A stretch of DNA of 64,000 nt from Schizochytrium sp. TIO01 (GCA_004764695.1 SMSO01000031.1:3324436-3388435); one strand, 5' to 3'. Counted from the first letter of the stretch, positions 1 to 12,100 are shown. Made by a program: numbers and translations. Notes: generated by a model from the letters alone, not told the origin.

Positions 1-291
1 GCTTATGGATACTTCTGCTTCTACTTAGAAAACAATGAGCGAACGGAAGAAAAGCTTCTTTCGAACACGAGGATTGATGAGCACTGACTGGCAGGGACTC
101 ACGCATGTGCATAAGCAAGCACATATGCTTACATACAGGAGGGTACTGGCGTAGGGCGTAATCATATAAAGTATCAGTGATGATCAACGTGTCAGCAGAA
201 CAAATTTGTCCTGATACACCACAACCAGAAACCTTATTTTTTCTTTTCTTTTCTTTTTTGTTGTTGGAGTCACTCTTTACGGGGCTTTTGC

Positions 292-1479
292 TCACGGCTC
301 AGTGAGTTCAAGTACAAGTTCCACCAGTTTGTTGCTGAGCAGTGGCTGGTCAGAAATCTTTCGTTCATAGTCACGGCATGCACGCAGGGCATCCTCACAG
401 GATCCATCTTCAAGATGAACATCGATAAGGCGCATTGCGACGGCAGTAGCTTCGTCCCTGTCCTCAGCTTCGAGGAAGAGTTTTGCGGACATATCAAAGA
501 GCGGCGCCGCAGCCATGGCGCGGTCTGGGCACAACCTGAATGCATTTGCAAGTGCACAGAGGCCCCTCGCCTCCAGCACATTGTTCTCGGCCTCTCTGGC
601 CTCAACAATAGCCATGTTGTATAGCTCAATAGCTCTGTTGAGGAACTCTGGATCCTTCTCAGCCTGAGACTCGTTGACAAGCCTCGAACCTTGCTCCAGG
701 AGCCTTCTTGCGATAGCCTCCTGCTCGCTATCCTCGACGTTCATGAGTGATGAGGCAGTAGTCCACCTCGAAAGACTGTCATCGTCACTCTTGCTTGAGC
801 TGCTGCTCCGTGACCTGCACGAGCTCACAGACGCCGCTGACATTTCTGCGCTAGCGCCCCTCAACAACCCCAGTGCTGGCGACCGCCTTGAGATTGCCGC
901 TGCCTCGCACTCCCCCACTGAGCTCTGGTCGTCGCTGTCTTCCTCTTCTTCGTCCTCTTCAACCTCAAGGCCTTCTTCGTCCTCAAAGTCTGCGCGTGAT
1001 GCCGATGCCGATGAGGATCTGTCAGTACCCGAATCACGGGTGCTGGAGCCTTGATCTGCTCCGGAACTCGCCCGGGACCGACTCGCCGACTCGTAGGCGT
1101 CCAAATCCGCTCCGCAGCTGTCGCTCTCAAGTCGCTCGTCACGGTCTGCGTCCTCGTGCGGTTCCAAGTTCGGGTTCTGCGCCGAAAGGGCTCTGTGGAA
1201 GTGCTGCTCAAAGGAGCGCACAGCTTCTTGGGACGGGCAGAAAGACATTTTTCTATGCACTCTATCAAAATGGTACTTTCTGACCTCCTCTTCCTCGCCT
1301 TTCCCGCCTCTTTTCCGGCCTTCTTGCTTTGCGCTCGCGATACTGCCCTCCAGCTCCCTCCGGCGCCGCCTTCTCTGGCCGCGGGCACCGCAGAAGAGTC
1401 GGTCTCCGTCCAGGTGTCTTTGCCTGGGAGTTCGCTGGCCCAGGGAATCGAAACTGGATTCCAATTTCGAAGCAATCAA
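292..1479 (-). CDS. Protein with Ser/acidic low-complexity middle and C-terminal TPR-like helical repeats; 5' end uncertain (first in-frame ATG at 1248, frame open to 1479)
   Basis: 395-codon open frame with coding-like GC. C-terminal ~130 aa shows helical-repeat spacing (LNRAIELYNMAIVEAREAENNVLEARGLCALANAF...AAPLFDMSAKLF). Upstream end runs into a microsatellite. Confidence 0.7.
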   Translation of the reverse strand: MIASKLESSFDSLGQRTPRQRHLDGDRLFCGARGQRRRRRRELEGSIASAKQEGRKRGGKGEEEEVRKYHFDRVHRKMSFCPSQEAVRSFEQHFHRALSAQNPNLEPHEDADRDERLESDSCGADLDAYESASRSRASSGADQGSSTRDSGTDRSSSASASRADFEDEEGLEVEEDEEEEDSDDQSSVGECEAAAISRRSPALGLLRGASAEMSAASVSSCRSRSSSSSKSDDDSLSRWTTASSLMNVEDSEQEAIARRLLEQGSRLVNESQAEKDPEFLNRAIELYNMAIVEAREAENNVLEARGLCALANAFRLCPDRAMAAAPLFDMSAKLFLEAEDRDEATAVAMRLIDVHLEDGSCEDALRACRDYERKISDQPLLSNKLVELVLELTEP

Positions 1480-1610
1480 TCAATCAATCAATCAATCCAG
1501 ATTTTCAAATTCCCAACTTCGAATTCAAATCCTCAGAATTCAAAATTCAAAATTCAAAATTCAAAATTCAAAATTCAAAATTCAAAATTCAAAAATTCGA
1601 AATTCAAATT
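1473..1610. repeat. Compound microsatellite: (CAAT)6 followed by about 10 AATTCAA heptamers
   Basis: Directly visible: caatcaat... at 1473-1497 and aattcaaaattcaa... at 1537-1610. Confidence 0.95.
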
Positions 1611-2513
1611 TCCGCCTTCGACACCGCGCGCGTGAGTCGAGCTGCTGCGCGGTCCCTGACGCGGCCGCCGTCCACTCGCTCCGCACGCCGCTGCGGTCTC
1701 GCTGCTGCCTCTGCGTCTCCGTCTCTCTCTGTCTCCTGCGAGCGAACCGTGCCCTGCACTGGCTGCCTCGCTGCTCGACAAGACAGACGAGTCTTCTCCT
1801 TCTCCCAACTACTAAGCCAAGAAAGAGCCAATCAACCAATCAGTCAGTCAGTCAGTCAGTCGCTCAGGAACCAGTCCGCCAAGCCACAGCCGGTCTCCCA
1901 GACCCGCCTAGCTCGACGCCCTGCTCTCCGCCTGCCTGCCTGCCTGCCTGCTCCGCGGTCGATGGAGAGGTAGATGGATGGAGGGATGTGCGATCGCCTC
2001 GGGAGCACGCACACCTCTGATGAGAGTGAATCCGTGGCTTTCTTTCTTTGTTTGCAGTTCCTTCTCAAGGGACCCGAGGTTCACTCACGGGCCTTTCTCC
2101 CTCCCTCCTCCCGCCTGATGCGTGCCGTGCGTGCCGTGCCGGAGAACTGACTCGCTATCTCGCTAACCAGCTGCTTCTCCGTCGCCAAGAGTGCGTGCGC
2201 CGTTGATGGATCCGCGGTCCTTCGATCTCGACTTCGGAACGATGAATTGCTTCGATCAGTTCAATCCGAATGAACTGAGCGAACTCAATCTGTCAATCAA
2301 TCAGTCAATCAGTCAATCAATCTATAGACAAAGACTGAGACTGAGACTGAGACTGAGTCCTTATCCCTCGATCGATCGATGTATGTCTCGATGGACCTAT
2401 GTATATTTGCTGTCAAACTGTATCCGCTGCAGTTTGGTGTTTGCTTTGTGGATGGTCGGGTCGATGCGGAGAACGAGCGATTGAGTGGGTGAGGAAGCGA
2501 TTGAGTGAATGGG

Positions 2514-2566
2514 TGAGTGAGTGAGTGAGTGAGTGAGTGAGTGAGTGAGTGAGGAGTGAGTGAGTA
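2514..2566. repeat. (GAGT)n microsatellite
   Basis: Directly visible tandem gagt units, slightly degenerate at the 3' end. Confidence 0.95.
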
Positions 2567-4699
2567 GGAGTGAATGGGTGCTAGCTAGCTAACGCAGATT
2601 GGAGAATTGTGAGCGTGCGTGCCTTCAGGTTATTAGTGATTTGCATTTGGAGGTGCATCCTTTTTCCAGTTTCTCCTTTTACCTTTCTTTTTAGCGCAAG
2701 CTTTGCTTCCTTCCTTCTTTCCTTTTCTTCTTTTCTTCTTGTTTTTCTGTTGTGCTGCTGTTCCCACTAGGCGACTGCCTAGTGGCGACCAAGGGTAGGT
2801 ATCTGGTAGGAAATAGGCTTTTTCTTTTATTCATTTTAATTAAAATTAAAAAGAATGCAAAGAAGGTTTTTTAGGTTTTCAAAGTACGAATGGGAGAAAT
2901 GCTTTCGATTAGCTAGCTCTTACCCAGAATCTTCAAAACGAGGATACCTGCTGTCTGTGTACAAACAAGAGATCTTGGTTGAAGGGTAGGGTAGTAAGCA
3001 ATGGAAGCCTCGTTGCGACAGTAATTTGGCTGCCTTGGTAGAGGAAGGGCGTCTGGTGGTACCTACGTAGCGGCGCTCTATGGTTTGTTTTCGTGGCATT
3101 TGCTTTCCTCGACTCACCAAAGGCTTATGGCGGGGCCTATGCAGCTGCTAGCGTCTGAAAGGAAGAAAGAAGCAAAGGAAGACTTTCGAGTTATGTTTTA
3201 TTTTCATTTTCGTTTTTTCCCCGAAAAAGTAAAACAAAATATAGATTTTAAAACATTCAAGTGCTTCCTCCTTCTTTTACCTTCATCATTTCACCCGTCC
3301 AGCGCAGCTTTCCATAGCTTTACTCTCGTGCTGCTTAATCCTCCTTCTCGACTGTGCAATATTAAAGCTCGGGTGATCGATGCAAACCAGCGAGGGCCAC
3401 AACTACTACTAAATAACTGACTGTCTTGTGGCAAGCTTAAACAAAGACTCTCGCTTTCAGATTCCTTAGATTAAAAAACCAGCTATTTCTTTTTTAAAAT
3501 GTTTTTGTTTTTTTAAGATCAATTAGGCCTCTTTTTATCTCCATTGTTTTTTGCTTTTCCCGCACTTGGGGAGAGAGGTGCACACCTCTGTCTGTCTATT
3601 TGACAAATATGTCTATAATTTTTCTTTATTCCAATCAATCAGAGATCATCCGCTGCCATTGCCAATGTTGCTGCCATCGCCAATGCTGCTGCTGCTACGA
3701 GCAGGATTCATAACAGGCATGCTTTCGAAAGCACCCGTCATGAATACTTTCCCTCAGATCCCTCGTCTCCAGCTCAAGTTGGCAGGTTTCGTGTAGGGTT
3801 TGGGATAGTCAGTTGGGTAGGAGGCCAATTTCATGAAAACAGGCCACAGACCAGCACGAGATCAGTGCACGACAAAGCCAATGCCATAGGAAATAGTGCA
3901 TCGCACCTCGTAGGGAGCAAGAATACACCCCATGATGAGGCTCTTTATGGGCCTCGGGAGTCCAACCTGCCCGGACAGCGCTCTTCGCTAATTCACCAAG
4001 CGGCTCGGCCTCGCTTCCTTGACGGTTCTCTCCACCTTCATTCCATGCGGCGATACTTATAGTGCCACATGTTTCTATTATTTACTATTAACCATCGTTT
4101 ATTATTTATGAAAGAGTGTATAATTCCTCTGACAATAATAGTAAAACTAATTAATGAACTTGAAAAACCATTAGTTAGGCAAAACAATCAAGTTGGAGAA
4201 AGCACCATGTCAATGATGAAGGGAACAGAAGCTCGCTCTAGCACTCCTTCAAATAGGTCCTGCCTGCCTGTTCAGGCGTTGCTAGCGAGCTGGAGTCCAG
4301 GACTGCCGTGTGACACTACTTTCGCCGAATTAGGCGTCGCGCCCAGAGCAGTATGGGATCGGTCAACCCAACTAGACTTTGCACGTCAATCCAGACGCAG
4401 AAACGAATGAATTCAATGATTGACACCTTTAGCTATTGAATGATTGAATGCTTCTTCGTACCACTAAACTGACACACCACACATATTTCAATCTCCTAGG
4501 TCTAGTACTGCAAACGCACTCTACCTACCTTTTACTCTGAGAGCTCCTAGTCGGCATTTTTTTTGTAAATGTAATTTATGAAAAATTACTTTTAGTTAAT
4601 TAAAAAGAGTCAAATAGAAAGATAGGTGCCTGCCACCATTCTGCGATGTGGTACTGCTATAAATTTCACCTGCAGGAGCTGTTGCCAACTTCTCTCCCT

Positions 4700-6130
4700 A
4701 TCTGTCAAAACGCCAAATGGGTTCAATCAAAGGAGGGAGTGTTCTCCGTTTCATCGAGCAAGTACGGGGGTGCAGCGTTAACTTGTCTGAAGCAAGTGCA
4801 CGTACCCCTCCATCGATTCAATCTCCCATCGGACTCTTGCCGAAGTGCCGGGTTCTGACGAATTCTTCGCACGCTCCACGCAGAAACGGATCAATGCGGA
4901 TTCGTCTCAAATCCCAGGTTGACTAGGATTTACCTACGGTGTCTTATACGTGCTGCGAGGATGGTGATCCTGCCGTTCGAAACTGGGGTCCTTTTCTGCA
5001 CAGGCTTGCGGCTCTGCTGCGTTCCTCTTCAGGGTCGGAGCTGCAAAGTAGGAGTGACCTGTACTCAGCAGGCTGCGAACTTTACATGCCTTGACGGATC
5101 AAGACCACCTAGAACCGAGCTGCAAGCGGCAGCGTATTTCGGGCCCATCCAGAATCTACATCTTTAGGCAAGTTTCATGAGTTCGTCATACTTTCAGCAG
5201 CACCAATGGATATCCGCCCACTCGCCAACGATACGATGTACTACGTATGCGATGCGTGAACTTCCTTACCTGCTATCGCAGTGATTCTGATTGGACGTCC
5301 CAGAACACATGGATGGACGACATGAATCTGGAAATGAACGAAATGCAAGACCTCAGTATGAGAACAGCATATTGCCTATCAATCAGGGATACTTGTTACT
5401 ACATGCGCTACAAAATCAATGGCAGCGTGAGTGCAAAAGAGGAGCTCCGCGGTGGCGCAGCCTAGAGAATCAGTCGGAGCAATGCCATCATTTTCTTGCT
5501 CGTGAGCTAGCAAATCCACACAAGTTAATTTGCGAGAATTGCTTTACCAATCACGGTCAAATGTCAATTGGTAAATGATGGCAAGGCCAGGTTCTGCGGC
5601 CGTCAGCTGTAAGGCAGTAAGCAGACAGTTAGCTCTCTTTTGGGACTATCTTTGGAATTGGCTGGACGCTAGGTATTCATGATTCATTCTCATCGCTGGA
5701 CTTGCAGGCGCTTTCCGTGCGCTGCAGTTACTGGAGGGGTCACTTCACATCAATCTCAGATGCGTCTCTAACAATAGACTTAGGCCCTGACGTTCTCGCG
5801 AGATATACTTTGTTGAGTTTCTGCACATCCTTTCCTACCTGTAGGTGCTATCACTCCATATCAATTTCCTGGATCATTTTCAGGCTGAAAATCAGCCTGC
5901 TCAATGAATGCGCCCGTTCCCAGTAGCCTTTCTATTTCAAGTGATCCAGGTTGTCGCTCACTACGAATATCCAGACACATCTCCGTACGTGTCCAGTCAG
6001 AGGTTGAGTTATGGCAACTAGCTAACTCTTCGAAACGAGCGCCAGCAATACCTCTTTTGCTTGCGCCATAGCCTTTGTAACCCATGAGGGATATCTCACC
6101 GACGTCTCACCATTTATTCATCCATTCAGT
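4700..6130 (+). pseudogene. Possible decayed gene relic of unknown family
   Basis: Repeat-free ~1.4-kb block, more GC-rich than its AT-rich borders. Protein-like fragments switch frame and contain stops (e.g. VRNWGPFLHRLAALLRS, LALFWDYLWNWLDARYS*FILIAGLAGAFRALQLLE). No family recognised. Confidence 0.25.
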
Positions 6131-7402
6131 GGATGACTCAGTTTTCTTACTTAGTTCGATCTTTTCATCTCTCAGTTAATTAGTTTTTTTTTTTACTTCT
6201 TTCTTAAAAGTTTTCATATGACCTTTTGTTAGCTCTGTTCAGTTCAACTAAAGAGAAAGGCTCACCAAATAGAGTATAAATAAATCATTAATAAATAGAC
6301 GCACGAGGTAGTAGATGATACCGAAAGGATGAAGCGCCACTACTTCTCCTTTGAGCAGTGCGCAGAGAGGAAGCAGGGACCAGGACCTGCCAAGACCAGC
6401 AGCAACTTTATTATTACTATGAGCCATGAATCATGAATCATGGTAGTATGTAACTTAAAGCTTTCGTCTTCAGTAGATTGAGTTTATCAACTTGGAAAAC
6501 TTGGGCCCTATTCGGTGGTAGTGGCGCCCGCCATTCCATAATGACGACAAATTCAACACTACGTACATTTGCAACATCTTGGTCGTGAATTGTCGCGAAA
6601 GGAAAACGATGGCCCTGCATGACCTTCTTGCAAAAATATTGCGTAGTTATTGAGTAGATACATATTGTCAGAAGCTATGGTTCGAAGTTCTTGAAGGCTG
6701 GTTGCGTGAATGCTCATTTGTATGATACAAAATGAGAACAGTCAATCAATGTGCCCATTTCCATAAGCAAGATCCTTCAGCCAACAATGTGAGAGGAGCT
6801 GAGAGCGTCCCTAGGACGATCACGTGAGCTCATTAACATTCTTACAGTCAACAAACTCGAAGCTATAATGGAAGGGAAAATAAGAGCAGCCGTGCTCATT
6901 GGTTTTTGCACCATCGACTTACATTTTTAATCTTTCCACAACCTCGTTGAGCATTGCCCACATCTTATCTCTTCGGAGTCTTCTTCTTTTTCTCTTTAAT
7001 TTGAATCCCTCCTCCTACTCTGCATCTTTACTCTAAGAGCCAAAACTCAAACACAACCCAAGCGCAGCCAGCTAAAATCAAGTTTAGCATTCGAGCGCTG
7101 GCTTAGAAACGGTTGTTCATGCGATCTTGGTTTTTGATCAGATCAAAGCAGAAAAGACATCTCCAAATACTTAGGTAGTAGTATACCTATTTTCGCTTTT
7201 CAAGTTCGCTTGAAAATAAAACCAAAGAAGAGGGTTCTCAGCAACTTCACTACTTCTTACTCCAAAATAATGCGTGCGCTGAATGATACCAATCAATTAA
7301 AACCTTTCAGATACCTTCGCCGCGGACGGATTCGGCGCATCCTACACGTGCAAGCGAACAGGTTTGGGCGGTCGATTTATGTAACTCACTATGTATGCAT
7401 TG

Positions 7403-7442
7403 CGTTCGTTCGTTCGTTCGTTCGTTCGTTCGTTCGTTCGTT
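7403..7442. repeat. (CGTT)n microsatellite
   Basis: About 10 tandem cgtt units. Confidence 0.95.
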
Positions 7443-8169
7443 GTTTGTTTATGCACATTTGCTTGCTTGTTTATTTCACCATAGAACGCTTCAAGATTGC
7501 AAGTTTCTCCAAGGACTCCAAGGAGCTTCGCACTGGGAACTAGATAAGTCGATAGTTTTAATGACGGTATTGCATCCATCCTCCATCATCACTTAACCAT
7601 CTCTTCAAAGACTCCAAATGCTCTTGCGCTGCTTATAGTTGTAGTAGGCTAAAGGCGGTGGCAGTGTTCTTCTCAAAGTGGCCTATTTCTCAGATTTTTA
7701 TTTTACTCCTGCCAAAGAGAAGAAATCATGTAGCGACTTGGTTTTCCCTTTTCTACTACTTCTACCTTAACAAGCTTTTTAAACTAAAAACATTTTTACC
7801 AGTACACTTTATTCATAATATTGCTCAAAGCATTGAAAGGAAAAGTGAACGATGGTAGCAGCAATACACTTTCACGAGCTACAATTAGTTTGGTGTTAAT
7901 AGTTAGCAATAACAGTGTGCTCAAAAGGATTAATTCACAAACTCGCGGCCTTCCAGGCTTCTCAAGTTTATATAAAGGAGCCGAGCCTTTCACTCCATGC
8001 TTTTTTTTTTGCTTTTTTTTTTTAAATTAAAATATATATTGCACGTGCCTTTCGCTAACAGAAAGCGCCCAAAAGAATGATGAACTGGGAAAATTGGAAA
8101 GACATTCTCCTTCGTACTCTCCTCTTTGGTGACAGTGAACTTGAAGCGCTCTAGTCCTTACTAGCATGA

Positions 8170-8635
8170 TGCTCATAATTACACGGAGTCTGAGCTAGAC
8201 TTACTTTTTTTAATCGAAAAGAACTCTAGCAGTTATTAGATCTCTATTATGATGGCAATAATATTATTATAATTAATAATTATTATAGTAATAAGCTTCC
8301 ATAAATCAAGGAAGCAGCGCGTGCACAACAATTCCTGCCTCGCAGGGATGAACTTGCGCAAGCAAGTCAAGGTAACCTAAGCTCTTACCATTGATGATAC
8401 TGATATTGAAGTGGCAGCAAGGTTGGGACAGGTGGTAGACGCTGCTGGAATAAACGTCCTGTCTGCATCGGTCATCTTCTTCTAAAATCAATGCCAGCTT
8501 AAGCGAAGAAAACGAACCTTGCCCTAGAAGCTGCCATACTAAATGATTTTTGGGGTGTGTAATTTTGGTTTTTTGACTATGCCACGATGGGCTCCCTTCT
8601 GGAGTCCATTTCACGCGTCTGCACGCGAACCCCAC
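8170..8635 (-). pseudogene. Degenerate Ser/Thr protein kinase relic
   Basis: Gly-loop-like LLGQGSFSSLKLAL at ~8489-8530. About 95 codons downstream lies a catalytic-loop-like YYCHHNRDLITARVLFD (8213-8263) followed by *KK*V*L. Interrupted by stops and an AT-rich expansion. Confidence 0.4.
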
Positions 8636-9430
8636 TAATCGAGAGTATTTTCACGCGAGATGAAGTTGTGGTGCGAATAAATAGCCAGCAGGCTTCGCTA
8701 GAAGACTCTCTGGAACGACTTTGGGGCCCGTGGGTGTTATGATTGTTTGCTCAACCATTTGCGCGAAACTTTCAAGTTCACCAACTTTCAATTTATAATT
8801 TCTAACTTTAACTTTCGAGAAAAAAGAAAAGAGGAGATGTTGAGATGCACCTTTTCATAAGCTTTCATGAAAATAAGTTGCATGCACTCCTCAAACGAAC
8901 ATTGAGGTGAGCAAGCTAGCTACAGCGCCCATATTAGTTTACAAGCATCATGCTAATTGCAAAGCGATCACTGGATGCAAGGACAAAAGGCTGGTCAGGA
9001 GCGATAGTATTGACAAAACATACTAAGCGTTCTACAACTGATCATCATCAATTAAACCGTAAAAAATACTAAACCCAACTTCTGAACTATAGCTGATGGG
9101 TGTGCACTGTAATCATCGTTATCATGATGCTGAAAACCAAGAACTCAAATAAGTACTCTCAAGGTGAAGAAGTTGAAAAGGTATACGAGGTATTGGGTCA
9201 GTGATCAAAGGTTGTTCTTCTGTCCAGCTCAGAGATCTTCTACGCTTAATATAACCAGCGCCTAAATTAAATGCGTTGGTATTTTAAACCCTCAAGACTT
9301 TAACGTCTGTGTTTGCCTGCGATTCTAAATGTTTTCCGTTCTTTCTCTCTTTCTCTTTGGTTCATTCAGAGAAGGTTACTGGCAGTAGTGGGATGGGACA
9401 TTCTCTAGTTCATCAACAAGTTAGCTCTGG

Positions 9431-9700
9431 TCACCGAGGAAAAGCTTCATGAGCTAGCATATAGAGACATGATCCAAGACATTCTTGTCTCGCAGTCTCC
9501 ACCTCCTCAGCACAAAATTTACACAACCTTCTCTTCTCCTCATTACCGTCAAAACGATTCCCTGTCTTGATTCTCCCAAGACGTACTCTTGCAACATCGG
9601 GATAGCGCTCCTGTGTCCCCATTTTCGCCCCTTAGCATGGTTGCAATAGAGAAAGTCGTATAAAAAGATTCCTTTCCTCTTGCTCCTCACTGTGTGCAAA
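9431..9700 (-). mobile_element. Relic of a non-LTR retrotransposon ORF2 C-terminal Cys-rich region
   Basis: DVARVRLGRIKTGNRF...RRLCKFCAEEVETARQECLGSC resembles the 'ARxRLG...CxxC....ET..H....C' knuckle that follows the RT domain of LINEs. His is lost, the fragment is short, and no RT is seen upstream. Confidence 0.45.
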
Positions 9701-10963
9701 TGAAGTGAAAAGTTCATCATTCTTTCTGGATAATCAGCCTGCATCTTACTCCTTATTGATTTTAATTACTTGTGCCATCGGAAGCAACCGCAGCACATGA
9801 GAAAGGTGTGCACACTGAGCGTGCAGGCGCATCGCAATTGTTTTCAATGATTCGTGTTCGAGAAAACAACTTCTCGTGGAACGCGCCCAAGCACGTCACG
9901 CAACACACGTCCAGTCATCAGACAACATCGCGCTCCATCCTCTCAGTGGGTGCAACCAGAGCTTGTGGTAGCACTCTCCATCAAAAATACTGCTGTCAGC
10001 GCGTGCCGCTCGCGCTCTAAGACTAATACTGCTTCTGTTTCTTTTATTGAATTAAAAAACCAACATCCTAAGATTAGCAGTAAGCTCAAACATAACTATC
10101 CTCGGTCCTCGGCAGCTCGGAGATGATAGTGACAATCAATTATTGAATGTGCAAAGCTGCCCCAGGGGAAAGTGCACTTACTGGTTCGCTTCTTACAAAT
10201 CGGAGTTTCATATCTCCAGACGACAACGGCAATGTGATACACTTTAAATTGGGCTGAGGGGGCAACTTGTGCAGCGTGATGCACTCTTCAATAGTAAGAA
10301 AGAAGTAGAGCATTTGTGATCGCATGTCAGCACGGCCAAGGGCTCGGAATAGAAATTGAGAAATTAACAGCCTGAGCAATCAATGCTTTTACCAAAAGAA
10401 GTAATAACAAAAAATTATCAAAAATTGAAAGAGAGTGTGTGCACGCTCTGTTTGTCTAGCGATAGAGAGCCCTTGTATTCGTAGTTCAATGCACAGTGGC
10501 TTCGGGGCGAGAGCTAGTAATGTTCTTACCATTTTGGAGAGGGCCTTGTATTATTCCTTTACCTTCCGTGAGTCCAATTTGGTAAATTGGGTTTCAAACA
10601 AGAGAGCAGTTATAGCTTAGTGAATTACATTAATCGTTGTATGGGCGAGAGTGGGATGGTCTTCCAGATGCGACCTAGTATCATATTCCTTAAGTATATT
10701 ATTCGTTGTTGATTATAAGAACACAGAACTGGAATTCTGGAGCCAAAAAAAGCAGTATGCTACTAAATAGTCTGAGACTGGTGTTCTGAAAGTGCAAAAC
10801 TATACATTTTCTGGACTAGGCTTGTTATAGAAAGAACCAGCTTGATTTGTAATATATCATAGAGCCCCTTTGGAGAGGTTGACCCCTTTTGAAATACTGC
10901 GGAAGGAATAGTCTGAAGTGAATGAATCTTTTTCCAAGTTTTCTTTATTAATACATACCATTT

Positions 10964-12100
10964 CTATTTGGATAGATCACGAGAAGATGTGGATGCTACT
11001 ACTCCAGAGCGGGCCCAAACTAGTCTTGTCGAAGCACGCTCAGTAGTATCACTGCGCTTGCGTTTTGTAGAACGAGAAGGCTCTGCTTCTCCAGCAGTGA
11101 GAATCTCGGAATAGTCTCCATCCGCTTGAACCAGCAATTTATCTACGTCAAAAATTGACGGAATTTCTTTGTTATCACATACCATGTCATTTGCATATAA
11201 TGCTTCAAGACCACGCAATACGTTAGACCCTTCAAGCCGAATATAACATTGAAAGTTTTCCACATCAGTGCGAGACTCATCCTCCGATCGAAGGTCATCT
11301 TTCGATTTAAGACAGACTGTACGCAGCCCCGCGCCTTCTATATCATCGTCATGATTACCCTTGCTAATAGTTGGACATGTAAACCTTTGAGCTGGAGCGC
11401 GAGCTTCTGTCTTCCGAATGACACGGTTTCCGTCCTTGCCCTTGAGCTGAGAAAGAGCATCACGATCGCGCTCATCTCCCAGAATCTTATTTATCACAGC
11501 ACGACGACGCTTGGCTAAACTCGCCTGGTCTTGCAGAGGATCGTGATCAAAAACTTCTGCGCATAACCGATAGGCGCTAAATGCACCCTGACTTAGTTTA
11601 CGTAGCGCAAGATCCTTGAGCGTCGTAACGTCCTTGCCAAAAAGAGGGAGTTCTTCAACGTTGGAACATTGGAAAACATTACTCAGAGCCTGGCAAAAGA
11701 TTGGGGTAGCATCCTTGCCTCGGAAAGGTGTCACAAAGATAAATTTGGAGTGAGGAGGGTATACAACAAAAACATTCTCTTGCGTCAGCAATTGAATTCC
11801 TGTTTTCCCCTTGAGCTGAATCCAAAGGCTCTCTTTGAACTCCGCAGCCTTGACGGAAAGGGTGAAAAATGGCGCTAACGCCTCCTTCAAGGCGTACTCG
11901 AAGGATTCTGGATCCCGAATTCCTGTTCGTCGAACCCCTTGCAATCGATAAACTCCCCAGTTTCTTCGCCCTGGGTCCTGCACAATATCTGCAAGGCCAC
12001 GCACGTTAATTTTGGAGACCGAGTTTGACACTGCATCTGATCGGGCTTGGGCCCGAGCCCCAGACCTCACACTCGACGCCTTGGTCGATCTTCTCGGCAT
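10964..12100 (-). CDS. CENPN: Centromere protein N / Chl4 / Mis15-like kinetochore (CCAN) subunit, 378 aa
   Basis: ACCATG start at 12100. Motif order matches CENP-N/Chl4: LADIV...NWGVYRL; FVVYPPHSKFIF...FCQAL...KDVTTLKDL; SQGAFSAY...DPL; C-terminal CYIRLEGSNVLRGLEAL...IPSIF. Confidence 0.7.
   Translation of the reverse strand: MPRRSTKASSVRSGARAQARSDAVSNSVSKINVRGLADIVQDPGRRNWGVYRLQGVRRTGIRDPESFEYALKEALAPFFTLSVKAAEFKESLWIQLKGKTGIQLLTQENVFVVYPPHSKFIFVTPFRGKDATPIFCQALSNVFQCSNVEELPLFGKDVTTLKDLALRKLSQGAFSAYRLCAEVFDHDPLQDQASLAKRRRAVINKILGDERDRDALSQLKGKDGNRVIRKTEARAPAQRFTCPTISKGNHDDDIEGAGLRTVCLKSKDDLRSEDESRTDVENFQCYIRLEGSNVLRGLEALYANDMVCDNKEIPSIFDVDKLLVQADGDYSEILTAGEAEPSRSTKRKRSDTTERASTRLVWARSGVVASTSSRDLSK

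Noticed and set aside
2764-2785. Perfect 9-bp hairpin CCACTAGGC-GACT-GCCTAGTGG
   Set aside because: A stem of this length is expected by chance in 64 kb; no supporting context.
6522-6827. Protein-like plus-strand frame with TGA stops (MALHDLLAKILRSY*VDTYCQKLWFEVLEGWLREC)
   Set aside because: Three stops in ~100 codons is near random expectation and no family is recognised.
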